DNA of 39,233 nucleotides from Eubacteriales bacterium (GTDB taxonomy: Bacteria; Bacillota; Clostridia; Oscillospirales; CAG-272), in assembly GCA_045654845.1 (NCBI GenBank), contig JAZOOB010000044.1, forward strand, positions 1 to 39,233. The letters run 5' to 3'. The first letter of the stretch is position 1, and every line of letters starts with the position of its first letter. The translations under genes were made by a program, and so were the position numbers. Of the stretch, positions 8,168 through 16,500 are shown one piece after another. The notes beneath the pieces are model-generated. The model saw nothing but the letters and a program-made list of their open reading frames with translations. It did no database searches and was not told the DNA's origin.

Positions 8168-8287
8168 ATGAATCCTATGGCATTTGTAAACTCTTTGCAG
8201 TATATGGCGCAGGGAATGGTAGGAATTTTCGTCGTAATTTTAGTAATCATCGGCGTTACCACCTTGCTTAACAAGCTTGCAAAATAA
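8168..8287 (+). CDS. OadG-like small membrane subunit, 39 aa (not in ORF track)
   Basis: My translation: MNPMAFVNSLQYMAQGMVGIFVVILVIIGVTTLLNKLAK. It has a single TM segment with the G-M-x-G-I-F pattern of OadG-family peptides. AGGAGG lies 6 nt upstream, the gene starts 15 nt after the oadB stop, and a terminator follows. Confidence 0.6.
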   Translation: MNPMAFVNSLQYMAQGMVGIFVVILVIIGVTTLLNKLAK

Positions 8288-8300
8288 GAAAAGTAAAGAC

Positions 8301-8329
8301 AAAAGGGCAGAGAAAATCTCTGCCCTTTT
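8301..8329 (+). terminator. Intrinsic terminator after oadB/oadG-like
   Basis: AAAAGGGCAGAGA-aaa-TCTCTGCCCTTTT. Confidence 0.8.
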
Positions 8330-8364
8330 CTATTAAAAATTAAAGGCGGATAGCATAAACCGAC

Positions 8365-8393
8365 TTGAAAAAAGCGTAAAGATATGTTATACT
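8365..8393 (+). promoter_or_regulatory. Sigma-A type promoter for topB
   Basis: TTGAAA, 17-bp spacer, TATACT. Confidence 0.55.
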
Positions 8394-8428
8394 TTAATAG
8401 TAGATAAAAATGAAAAGGAGGGAAGAAT

Positions 8429-10660
8429 ATGGTACTGATAATTGCCGAGAAGCCGAGCCTCGCCAGAAATATAGCGGCAGGAATAGGCGAAGTGAAGGCG
8501 AAGCGCGACGGATACCTCGAATGCGACGGATATCTTATAAGCTGGGCATTCGGCCATTTATTTTCCCTTTGCGATATAGAGGAATATTCCCCCTCGCCCG
8601 ACGGCACGAACAGATGGACTATGAAAAATCTGCCCTGCTTCCCCTCGGAATTCAAGTTCGACCTCAAAAAAGGCGCGGACAAGAAGGTGGACTCGGGCGT
8701 TTTGCGTCAATTTAAAACGATAGAAGCGCTCTGCAACAGGGCTGACGTAGACACGATAGTAAACGCGGGAGACGCAGACCGCGAGGGAGAGATAATAGTA
8801 AGGACTTGTGTAAACAAAGCTTTACATTCAAACAAAAAGCTCATGCGCTTGTGGCTGCCCGACCAGACACCGCAGACGGTGGCGAAGGCGCTCTCTGAAA
8901 TGAAGGAAGAGTGCGAGTACGAAAATCTCGCAAACGAGGGATATGCGCGTACCTATATCGACTGGCTCTACGGAGTGAATCTCACGAGATACGCGACCTT
9001 GAAGACGGGAAAGCTTTTGCGCGTCGGCAGAGTTATCATTCCGATAGTAAAAGCTATTTATGACAGAGACCTGTCTATCCGTAATTTCCAGCCCGAAAAG
9101 TATTACGCAGTTTTCAGCTCTGCCGAAACGAACGGAGAATCCGTCGAGCTTTTAAGCAAACAAAAGTTTAATAAAGACGAATTACAAAAGGCAGAGGCGC
9201 TTTGCAAGCTCTATAACGAAACGGGCGCGAAGGTTACCGCCAAAAAGACGAAAAAGGACAAGCTGTCGGCGGGGAAGCTCTATTCGCTTTCAAAGCTGCA
9301 AAACGTGCTTGGTAAGAAATATAAAATGTCTATGGCAGAGAGTCTTTCTATCGTGCAGAAGCTTTACGAGGAGGGCTATCTCACCTATCCCCGTACGAAC
9401 AGTGAATATCTTGCGACTGCCGAAAAGGATAAAATAAGACAGATTCTTGCAAACGTGAAAAAGACGGGCTACGACGTCAAGTTCAAGGACGGAAAGAATA
9501 TTTTTGACGATAGCAAGATAGAGTCGCACTCGGCACTCACCCCTACCTATAAAATCCCCGACAAGAATAAGCTGTCGGAAAAGGAAATGCAGGTATACTC
9601 GACTGTGTTCCGTCGATTCGTCGCGGTATTCTGCGCCGAGGAGTGTATAGTAGAAAAATCCGAGCTTTCGGTTTCTGTCGGTGACCTTGAGACCTTCTCT
9701 TTGAAGGGCACTGTCATTTTGCAGAAGGGATGGACGAAATACGACGACAGAGAGGCGAAGGATAAATTCCTGCCTAATCTTTGCGAGGGAGACAAGGTCG
9801 AAATAGACTTCAAGCCTGTCGAAAAGGAGACCTCGCCACCCCGTCATTATACGATAGAAACTCTTAATAATTATCTGAAAAACCCTTTCCGCGATGAAAA
9901 AGCGGCACTCGCCACCGAGGACGGCACTGAAAACGACGAAGAGGACTACAAGGCTATCTTCGACGGTCTTGAGCTCGGCACGGAGGCGACCCGTACGGGC
10001 ATAATAGATAATGCGAGAAAGAGTGGATATATACAGTTAAAAAAGGACGTTTATACCATATTGCCCGACGGAGAATTCCTGATAGAAGCCTTATCCAGAA
10101 TGAAGATAAATATGGATAAATATAAGACCTCGGCGCTCGGTAAGGCTCTAAAAAAGGTGTATCGCGGAGATATAAAAATATCGGACAGCGTCCGTCTTGC
10201 CGAAAACGAGATAAGTGAGGTCTTTAAGTCGAATCTTTCTGCGCCTATCGAGGCGGACGAGGAGACGGGATGTATCGGTGACGCGGTGGGCAAATGCCCG
10301 TTGTGTGACGGAGAGGTGAGAAGGACGACCTTCGGCTACGGCTGCTCGAATTACAAGACGAATTCCTGTCGTTTTTCGGTGCGCGAATACATCTGTCGCA
10401 GAGCTATATCGCTTTCTAATATGAAGCTCTTGCTGGAAACGGGGAAAACCTCGAAGATAAAGGGCTTCGTCTCGCCAAAGACGGGCAAATCCTTTGACGC
10501 AGTGCTTAAATTGGAGGGTGGCGAGGTGAAATTCGATTTTTCCTCTGACGAAAAAAGAGAAGAAAGACCAAAAAACGATACCCGTCCGCGCGAGCTTTTT
10601 TCGAGCGCGAGAAGGTATGAGGCAAATCCCGAATTGCCCCCCGACTTTTTTGACAAATAA
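8429..10660 (+). CDS. topB: DNA topoisomerase III (type IA) with C-terminal zinc-ribbon region
   Basis: TOPRIM N-terminus MVLIIAEKPSLARNIA, GDADREGE, active-site region LYEEGYLTYPRTNSEYL, and a C-terminal CPLCDG...CSNYKTNSC zinc ribbon. Confidence 0.9.
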   Translation: MVLIIAEKPSLARNIAAGIGEVKAKRDGYLECDGYLISWAFGHLFSLCDIEEYSPSPDGTNRWTMKNLPCFPSEFKFDLKKGADKKVDSGVLRQFKTIEALCNRADVDTIVNAGDADREGEIIVRTCVNKALHSNKKLMRLWLPDQTPQTVAKALSEMKEECEYENLANEGYARTYIDWLYGVNLTRYATLKTGKLLRVGRVIIPIVKAIYDRDLSIRNFQPEKYYAVFSSAETNGESVELLSKQKFNKDELQKAEALCKLYNETGAKVTAKKTKKDKLSAGKLYSLSKLQNVLGKKYKMSMAESLSIVQKLYEEGYLTYPRTNSEYLATAEKDKIRQILANVKKTGYDVKFKDGKNIFDDSKIESHSALTPTYKIPDKNKLSEKEMQVYSTVFRRFVAVFCAEECIVEKSELSVSVGDLETFSLKGTVILQKGWTKYDDREAKDKFLPNLCEGDKVEIDFKPVEKETSPPRHYTIETLNNYLKNPFRDEKAALATEDGTENDEEDYKAIFDGLELGTEATRTGIIDNARKSGYIQLKKDVYTILPDGEFLIEALSRMKINMDKYKTSALGKALKKVYRGDIKISDSVRLAENEISEVFKSNLSAPIEADEETGCIGDAVGKCPLCDGEVRRTTFGYGCSNYKTNSCRFSVREYICRRAISLSNMKLLLETGKTSKIKGFVSPKTGKSFDAVLKLEGGEVKFDFSSDEKREERPKNDTRPRELFSSARRYEANPELPPDFFDK

Positions 10661-10745
10661 CCGTAAATAAGAAAATTCCGCAAAGGAACACAGAGAAAAA
10701 AAGAAGCATAAAATATTAAAAAATGCTTTTTGCGAGGTATTTAAA

Positions 10746-12566
10746 ATGTGTTCTGTATGCGGAATTTTTGATTTAAAGGCTTCTTTTAAAGAAGAAGCGG
10801 AAAAAATGAGCAGAGCGCTTTGTCACAGAGGTCCCGACTCCTTCGGTGGTTTTTTTGAAAACGGGGTTTGTCTGTGTCATAATCGCCTTGCCGTAATGGA
10901 TATAGAGGGCGGCGCGCAGCCGATGAGTGTAGAATATAAGGGGGACGTGTATACAATAGTTTACAACGGAGAGGTCTACAACACAGACGAGCTGAAGCGC
11001 GAGCTTTTTCGATACGGTGTGAAATTAAAGACAAGGTGCGACACCGAGCTTGTCTTGTGGAGCTACGTTATCTTTGGCGAGGACTGCCCGAAAAAGCTGA
11101 ACGGAATTTTCAGCTTCGCCGTCTATAAAAGTGGTGAAAACAGGATTTTTCTTGCGCGCGACAGGTTTGGAATAAAGCCGCTTTACTATACGTACGCAGG
11201 CGAGCGATTTTTATTTGCATCTGAAATAAAGGCTCTTTTTGAGTGCGAGGGTGTGACACCCACGGTAGACAAATACGGTCTTTGGGAGCTTTTATACCTT
11301 TCCCCCGTCACCTTGAAGCATAGCGGAGTTTTTCGTAACATAAGCGAGCTTGGACCTGCCGAGTGTGGCTACGTCGACGAAAAAGGCACGCATTTTCATA
11401 AGTACTGGCACCTACAAGCAAAGCGCCTGACCGAAACGAAGGAGGAAATGGTAGCAAATACGAGGTATCTCTTAAAAGACGCGATAGAAAAGCAGCTTGT
11501 AAGCGACGCCCCTCTTTGTACCTTTTTGTCGGGCGGTCTTGATTCCTCTGTCATAACCGCGGTGGCGAGTGCTTCCTATCAAAGAGAGGGAAAAACGCTT
11601 TCGACTTATTCCTTTGAATATGAAAATAATAAACAGAGCTTTAAAACCACACTTTTTCAGCCTAATAGCGACGATGCCTACGCTTCGTGGCTCTCTTCCT
11701 ACCTCGGCACGAATCACACCGTACTCACAGTGCCGACCTCTGCTCTTTGCGAGCATCTGTCCGATGCGGCTATTTCTCGCGATATGCCGGGACAGGCGGA
11801 CATAGATTCTTCCTTGTGGTATTTCTGCCGAGAGGTGAAAAAGAAGCATACCGTCGCGCTCTCGGGCGAGTGCTCGGACGAGATATTCGGTGGTTACCCT
11901 TGGTTTTACCGCCCCGAAATGCTGAAAAGGAGCTTTTTCCCTTGGATACACGAGCCCCGTGTGAGAATCTCGCTCTTTGACGACGCGATAGTGAAAGCCG
12001 ACGAGGGCTACGCTTATATAAGTGAAATATATAAAAAAACCGTAGGCGATGCAGAGCTTTTAGAGGAGGATGACGAGGAAATGAGGACGTCAAGAATAGC
12101 GACTCATTTATCGGTCGAATATTTTATGACTAACCTGCTTGCGCGAAAGGACAGAATGAGTATGGCGCACGCCTTGGAGGTGCGCGTTCCGTTTGCCGAC
12201 CATAGAATTCTCGAATACGTATATAATATTCCTTGGAGCGTCAAGTTTGAAGGCGGTGTAGAAAAAGCGCTGCTACGAAACGCGATGAAGGATTTTCTGC
12301 CGAAAAGAATCCTTGAAAGAAAAAAGAGCCCGTACCCGAAAACCCACAACCCCGAATATGAAATGCTTGTGCAAAAAATGCTTAAAGAGAGGCTGGAAAG
12401 CAAGGACGGGCGCTTAAAGGAGATAATAGACAAAAAGAAGCTCGCTTCACTTATGGAAGGAGAGGACGTGACGTGGTTCGGTCAGCTTATGTCCCGCCCG
12501 CAGCTTTTCGCTTGGCTTATACAGCTCGACGTCTGGCTCTCTCATTTTTCGGTCAATATCGTATAA
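10746..12566 (+). CDS. asnB: Asparagine synthase (glutamine-hydrolysing)
   Basis: N-terminal Ntn-amidotransferase domain (CGIF..., HRGPD, LCHNRLAVMD, YNGEVYN) and a synthetase domain with the PP-loop FLSGGLDSS. Confidence 0.88.
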   Translation: MCSVCGIFDLKASFKEEAEKMSRALCHRGPDSFGGFFENGVCLCHNRLAVMDIEGGAQPMSVEYKGDVYTIVYNGEVYNTDELKRELFRYGVKLKTRCDTELVLWSYVIFGEDCPKKLNGIFSFAVYKSGENRIFLARDRFGIKPLYYTYAGERFLFASEIKALFECEGVTPTVDKYGLWELLYLSPVTLKHSGVFRNISELGPAECGYVDEKGTHFHKYWHLQAKRLTETKEEMVANTRYLLKDAIEKQLVSDAPLCTFLSGGLDSSVITAVASASYQREGKTLSTYSFEYENNKQSFKTTLFQPNSDDAYASWLSSYLGTNHTVLTVPTSALCEHLSDAAISRDMPGQADIDSSLWYFCREVKKKHTVALSGECSDEIFGGYPWFYRPEMLKRSFFPWIHEPRVRISLFDDAIVKADEGYAYISEIYKKTVGDAELLEEDDEEMRTSRIATHLSVEYFMTNLLARKDRMSMAHALEVRVPFADHRILEYVYNIPWSVKFEGGVEKALLRNAMKDFLPKRILERKKSPYPKTHNPEYEMLVQKMLKERLESKDGRLKEIIDKKKLASLMEGEDVTWFGQLMSRPQLFAWLIQLDVWLSHFSVNIV

Positions 12567-12651
12567 ATTAGAAAAAAATCCGCTTTTTTGCCTCGGTTTT
12601 CATAAATAGAGCATACTTTTTTCAAAAAAGAGGTAAAATCTTTATAAATGC

Positions 12652-12680
12652 TTGAATTTGGAAATCTTTTGTGCTATACT
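12652..12680 (+). promoter_or_regulatory. Sigma-A type promoter upstream of the YbaK-like gene and asnS
   Basis: TTGAAT, 17-bp spacer, TATACT. Confidence 0.6.
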
Positions 12681-12728
12681 TTATAGATAGAAAAAGAAAA
12701 AATGAGGCTTTTTGCCGAAGAGGTAAGG

Positions 12729-13199
12729 ATGTCAATCGAAAGAGTAAGAGAATATTTCCGTTCGTGCGGAATAGAGGATCGGATAAGAGAATTCGACGTT
12801 TCCAGCGCGACTGTCGCTTTGGCGGCAGAGGCTCTCGGCTGTGAGGGTGCGAGGATAGCAAAAACGCTTTCCTTCGCTATCGGTGAGCGCACGGTACTCA
12901 TCGTCGCGGCAGGAGATGCAAGAATAGATAATCATAAATACAAAGAGAAGTTTGGCGCAAAGGCTAAAATGCTCGCTTACGAAGAGGTCACCGAGCGTAT
13001 AGGTCACGCAGTCGGCGGTGTTTGTCCTTTTGCAGTAAACGAAGGAGTCGAGGTCTATCTCGACTGCTCACTTCAGCGCTTTGAGACTGTTTTCCCCGCT
13101 TGCGGAAGCTCAAACAGTGCAATAGAGCTGACAATTCCGGACCTTGAAAAGTATTCACGCTTTATTGAGTGGATAGACGTCTGTAAATTACCCGAATAA
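12729..13199 (+). CDS. YbaK/EbsC-family aminoacyl-tRNA trans-editing deacylase
   Basis: Family-typical IAKTLSF, LIVAAGDARIDNHK and GHAVGGVCPF. I prefer the ATG at 12729 (GAGGTAAGG upstream) over the track start at 12702. Confidence 0.65.
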   Translation: MSIERVREYFRSCGIEDRIREFDVSSATVALAAEALGCEGARIAKTLSFAIGERTVLIVAAGDARIDNHKYKEKFGAKAKMLAYEEVTERIGHAVGGVCPFAVNEGVEVYLDCSLQRFETVFPACGSSNSAIELTIPDLEKYSRFIEWIDVCKLPE

Positions 13200-13227
13200 A
13201 AAAGAATGATATAGAGGATTACGCAAA

Positions 13228-14622
13228 ATGAAAAGAGTTTTAGTTAAGGATATTTACGCCGATATGGCGAAATTCGGCGGTAAGGAAATTACTGTCGGCG
13301 GTTGGATGAGAAGCCTTCGTGACAGCAAGGCGTTTGCATTCATTGATTTGAATGACGGAAGCTGCTTCAAGGGCGTGCAGATAGTTCTTGAACGCGAGTT
13401 TCTTGAAAACTATGAGGAAATAACCCACTTCAACGTAGGAAGCGCTGTCGTCGTTACGGGTATACTCGAGCTTACCCCCGACTCAAAGCAGCCCTTTGAA
13501 ATCAAGGCGAGAGAGGTTTATCTCGAGGGCGCGTCTACACCCGACTACCCCTTGCAGAAGAAGAGACACTCACTCGAATTCCTTCGCGAAATCGCATATC
13601 TTCGCCCCAGAACGAATCTCTTTTCTGCGGTATTCCGCGTTCGTAGCGAGATAGCTTATTCTATTCACGAATTCTTCCACGAAAGAGGCTTTGTATACGT
13701 AAACACCCCCCTTATCACAGGCTCTGACTGTGAGGGCGCGGGCGAAATGTTCAGAGTTACCACTCTTGACCTCAACAACATTCCGAGAAACGAGGACGGA
13801 AGCGTAGACTTCTCGCAGGATTTCTTCGGCAAGAGCGCAAACCTTACTGTTTCAGGTCAGCTTGAGGGCGAGACCTATGCTATGGCATTTGGAAACATTT
13901 ATACCTTCGGTCCTACCTTCCGCGCAGAAAACTCGAATACCGCGCGTCATGCGGCAGAGTTCTGGATGATAGAGCCCGAAATCGCGTTTGCAGACCTCGA
14001 CGACAATATGCAGCTCGCTTGGGATATGATAAAGCACATAGTAAACCACGTGCTCACTACCTGCAAGACCGAGCTCGCATTCTTCAACGATTTTGTAGAT
14101 AAGACCCTTCTCGACAGACTTAACGCCCTTGCGGCAAGCGACTACGAAAAGGTGACCTACACCGACGCGATAGACCTGCTCAAAAAGAGTGGCAAGGAGT
14201 TCAAGTACCCTGTGGAATGGGGCTGCGACCTTCAGACCGAGCACGAAAGATATCTTACAGAGGAAATCTATAAGAAGCCTATCTTCGTTATCGACTATCC
14301 GAAGGAGATCAAGTCCTTCTATATGCGCTTAAACGACGATGGAAAGACCGTCGCGGCTATGGACCTTTTGGTTCCCGGTGTCGGAGAAATTATAGGTGGT
14401 AGCCAGCGTGAAGAGCGCATTGATATTCTTCTTTCGAGAATGAGCGAGCTTGGACTCAAGGAAGAGGATTACAGCTGGTATCTCAATTTGCGCCGTTACG
14501 GTGGAACGAAGCACGCGGGCTACGGCTTGGGCTTTGAGAGAATTATAATGTATATGACAGGCGTAAGCAACATAAGGGACGTTATCCCTTATCCGAGAAC
14601 AGTCGGAAACGCCGAGTATTAA
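13228..14622 (+). CDS. asnS: Asparagine--tRNA ligase
   Basis: 464 aa. OB-fold N-terminus ([25 protein letters not shown]), class IIb motifs [21 protein letters not shown] and [12 protein letters not shown]. Confidence 0.9.
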   Translation: MKRVLVKDIYADMAKFGGKEITVGGWMRSLRDSKAFAFIDLNDGSCFKGVQIVLEREFLENYEEITHFNVGSAVVVTGILELTPDSKQPFEIKAREVYLEGASTPDYPLQKKRHSLEFLREIAYLRPRTNLFSAVFRVRSEIAYSIHEFFHERGFVYVNTPLITGSDCEGAGEMFRVTTLDLNNIPRNEDGSVDFSQDFFGKSANLTVSGQLEGETYAMAFGNIYTFGPTFRAENSNTARHAAEFWMIEPEIAFADLDDNMQLAWDMIKHIVNHVLTTCKTELAFFNDFVDKTLLDRLNALAASDYEKVTYTDAIDLLKKSGKEFKYPVEWGCDLQTEHERYLTEEIYKKPIFVIDYPKEIKSFYMRLNDDGKTVAAMDLLVPGVGEIIGGSQREERIDILLSRMSELGLKEEDYSWYLNLRRYGGTKHAGYGLGFERIIMYMTGVSNIRDVIPYPRTVGNAEY

Positions 14623-14628
14623 TGCTTT

Positions 14629-14656
14629 AGGGGACATCTTTTCGGGTGTCCCCTTT
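14629..14656 (+). terminator. Probable terminator after asnS
   Basis: AGGGGACA-tcttttcggg-TGTCCCCT followed by a short TT(T)G tract. Confidence 0.45.
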
Positions 14657-14676
14657 GTCAAAAGAGGAGAGAGCGA

Positions 14677-15591
14677 ATGGAAGAAGGCAGCTACAAAAAA
14701 GAATATGACCTCTGCTCGCTTTGTCCGAGAAATTGCAAGGCAAAAAGAAGCGAGGGCAAAACGGGTAAGTGCGGTGTCGGTGGCACTCTAAAGGTTGCAC
14801 GAGCCTCTCTACATATGTGGGAAGAGCCCTGCATTTCGGGTACTCGCGGATCTGGTACTGTGTTCTTTTCGGGCTGCTCGCTCGGCTGTGTCTACTGTCA
14901 GAACAGAGATATTTCAAGAGGTGAGCGAGGAAAAGAGATAAGTGCCGAAAGATTGGCAGAAATCTTCTTTGAGCTGAAGGAAAAGGGCGCGCACAATATA
15001 AACCTCGTCACACCTTCTCACTATTTGCCAACTATTATTTACGCGATAGAGAGGGCGAAGCGCGAAAGCATAGGAATACCCTTCGTCTACAACTCAAGCG
15101 CGTATGAAAAGGCGGATTCTATAAAAAGATTAGACGGGCTTATAGATATATACCTGCCCGACTTCAAGTATATAGATAGAGAAATAGCGAAAAGGTATTC
15201 CTTTGCCGAGGATTATCCCGAAGTAGCGAAAAATGCTATTTCTGAAATGGTGTCGCAGAAGAGAGGCGCTCGCTTCGATAAGGACGGAATTATGACGGAG
15301 GGAGTTATCGTACGGCACTTGGTACTGCCCGACGCCTATGAAAATTCGCGCGCGGTGATTGAATATCTCTACGCGACCTATAAGGACGATATTTATATCA
15401 GTCTTATGAGTCAGTATACCCCCGTATGTGAAAACGAAATATACCCCGAGCTTAATTTGACGGTAGATGAAAAGGAGTATGAGGCGTTAATAGATTACGC
15501 TGTCACACTCGGTGTTGAAAACGGCTTTATACAGGAGGGCGGGGCGGCGAGCGAGAGCTTTATTCCCGACTTTAACTGTGAGGGCGTATAA
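14677..15591 (+). CDS. Radical SAM protein, PflX-like (pyruvate formate-lyase activase family)
   Basis: CxxxCxxC cluster motif in FFSGCSLGCVYCQN, plus an N-terminal Cys-rich CSLCPRNCKAKR...GKCG region. Confidence 0.7.
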   Translation: MEEGSYKKEYDLCSLCPRNCKAKRSEGKTGKCGVGGTLKVARASLHMWEEPCISGTRGSGTVFFSGCSLGCVYCQNRDISRGERGKEISAERLAEIFFELKEKGAHNINLVTPSHYLPTIIYAIERAKRESIGIPFVYNSSAYEKADSIKRLDGLIDIYLPDFKYIDREIAKRYSFAEDYPEVAKNAISEMVSQKRGARFDKDGIMTEGVIVRHLVLPDAYENSRAVIEYLYATYKDDIYISLMSQYTPVCENEIYPELNLTVDEKEYEALIDYAVTLGVENGFIQEGGAASESFIPDFNCEGV

Positions 15592-15634
15592 TAAAACTGT
15601 AAACTTTAATTGACAAAAACAGGAGAGGCTTTTT

Positions 15635-16393
15635 ATGGAAATGGTATTGCTTACCGCCTTGGGTGTCGGCGGCGCGACGGTGTTCGGCGCACTTCTCGGC
15701 TTCGCATTTAAAAAGATATCCCATAAATTCAGCGACGTCGTGCTTTCATTCGCCGCAGGTGTAATGCTTGCCGCGGCGGTCGTGGGACTTATTTTACCTT
15801 CGCTTGAATACGGCAAAAAATTTTCTTTGCCCGTAACGATTCTCGGAATATTTGCAGGAGCTATCTGTATTAACCTGTTAGATAAGGTCGTACCTCACCT
15901 GCACAGCCCCGCGGGCAAGGAGATAGAGACGCATCCCGAAAAGACCGAGCAGATAAACAAGATATTACTTTTCGTTTTGGCTATCGCTATACACAACTTC
16001 CCCGAGGGTATTGCTTCGGGTGTCGGCTTCGGTACTGATAATACGGCAGAGGCTCTCGTAATTGCTTCTGGCATAGCCTTACAGAACATCCCTGAGGGTA
16101 TGGTAATAATCGGACCTATGCTCGCGGCAGGGATAAGCCGAAGAAAAACGCTTCTTTGTGCAATAGGCACGGGCGTTATAGAGGTGGTCGGTACGCTCGT
16201 CGGTTATTTTGCCGTCACGGTTTCCTCGGCTATTCTTCCTTTCGCTCTCGCTTTTGCGGGTGGCACTATGCTCTACGTAATAAGCGACGAGATGATACCC
16301 GAGACACATTCACACGGCGCAGAAAGGGCGGCGACCTACTCGCTTTTGGTCGGTTTTTGCCTTATGCTCGCGACAGACTTTCTTTTGGGATAA
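15635..16393 (+). CDS. zupT: ZIP-family zinc transporter
   Basis: Multi-TM protein with duplicated HNFPEGIA / LQNIPEGM motifs and a SDEMIPETH tail, as in ZupT. Confidence 0.75.
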   Translation: MEMVLLTALGVGGATVFGALLGFAFKKISHKFSDVVLSFAAGVMLAAAVVGLILPSLEYGKKFSLPVTILGIFAGAICINLLDKVVPHLHSPAGKEIETHPEKTEQINKILLFVLAIAIHNFPEGIASGVGFGTDNTAEALVIASGIALQNIPEGMVIIGPMLAAGISRRKTLLCAIGTGVIEVVGTLVGYFAVTVSSAILPFALAFAGGTMLYVISDEMIPETHSHGAERAATYSLLVGFCLMLATDFLLG

Positions 16394-16429
16394 AAAAGGT
16401 AAAATTTTGTAATAAAAGCGCGTAAAGCA

Positions 16430-16458
16430 TTGATTTTTAGATAAAAATGTGGTATATT
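16430..16458 (+). promoter_or_regulatory. Sigma-A type promoter (extended -10) for galT
   Basis: TTGATT, 17-bp spacer ending in TGTGG, TATATT. Confidence 0.55.
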
Positions 16459-16500
16459 ACGTAGGTAGTAAATTTTTTTCGGAGATAGTGGAGAAAAAAT

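Noticed and set aside
6865-8682. Minus-strand ORFs 6865..7581 (238 aa), 7535..8071 (178 aa) and 7825..8682 (285 aa)
   Set aside because: They overlap oadB, the oadG-like ORF, a terminator and the topB promoter. They have no recognisable motifs. They are shadow ORFs.
10701-10731. Hairpin AAGAAGCAT-N13-ATGCTTTTT after topB as a terminator
   Set aside because: The stem is almost entirely A-U, with two G-C pairs and a 13-nt loop. That is too weak to call, although some termination cannot be excluded.
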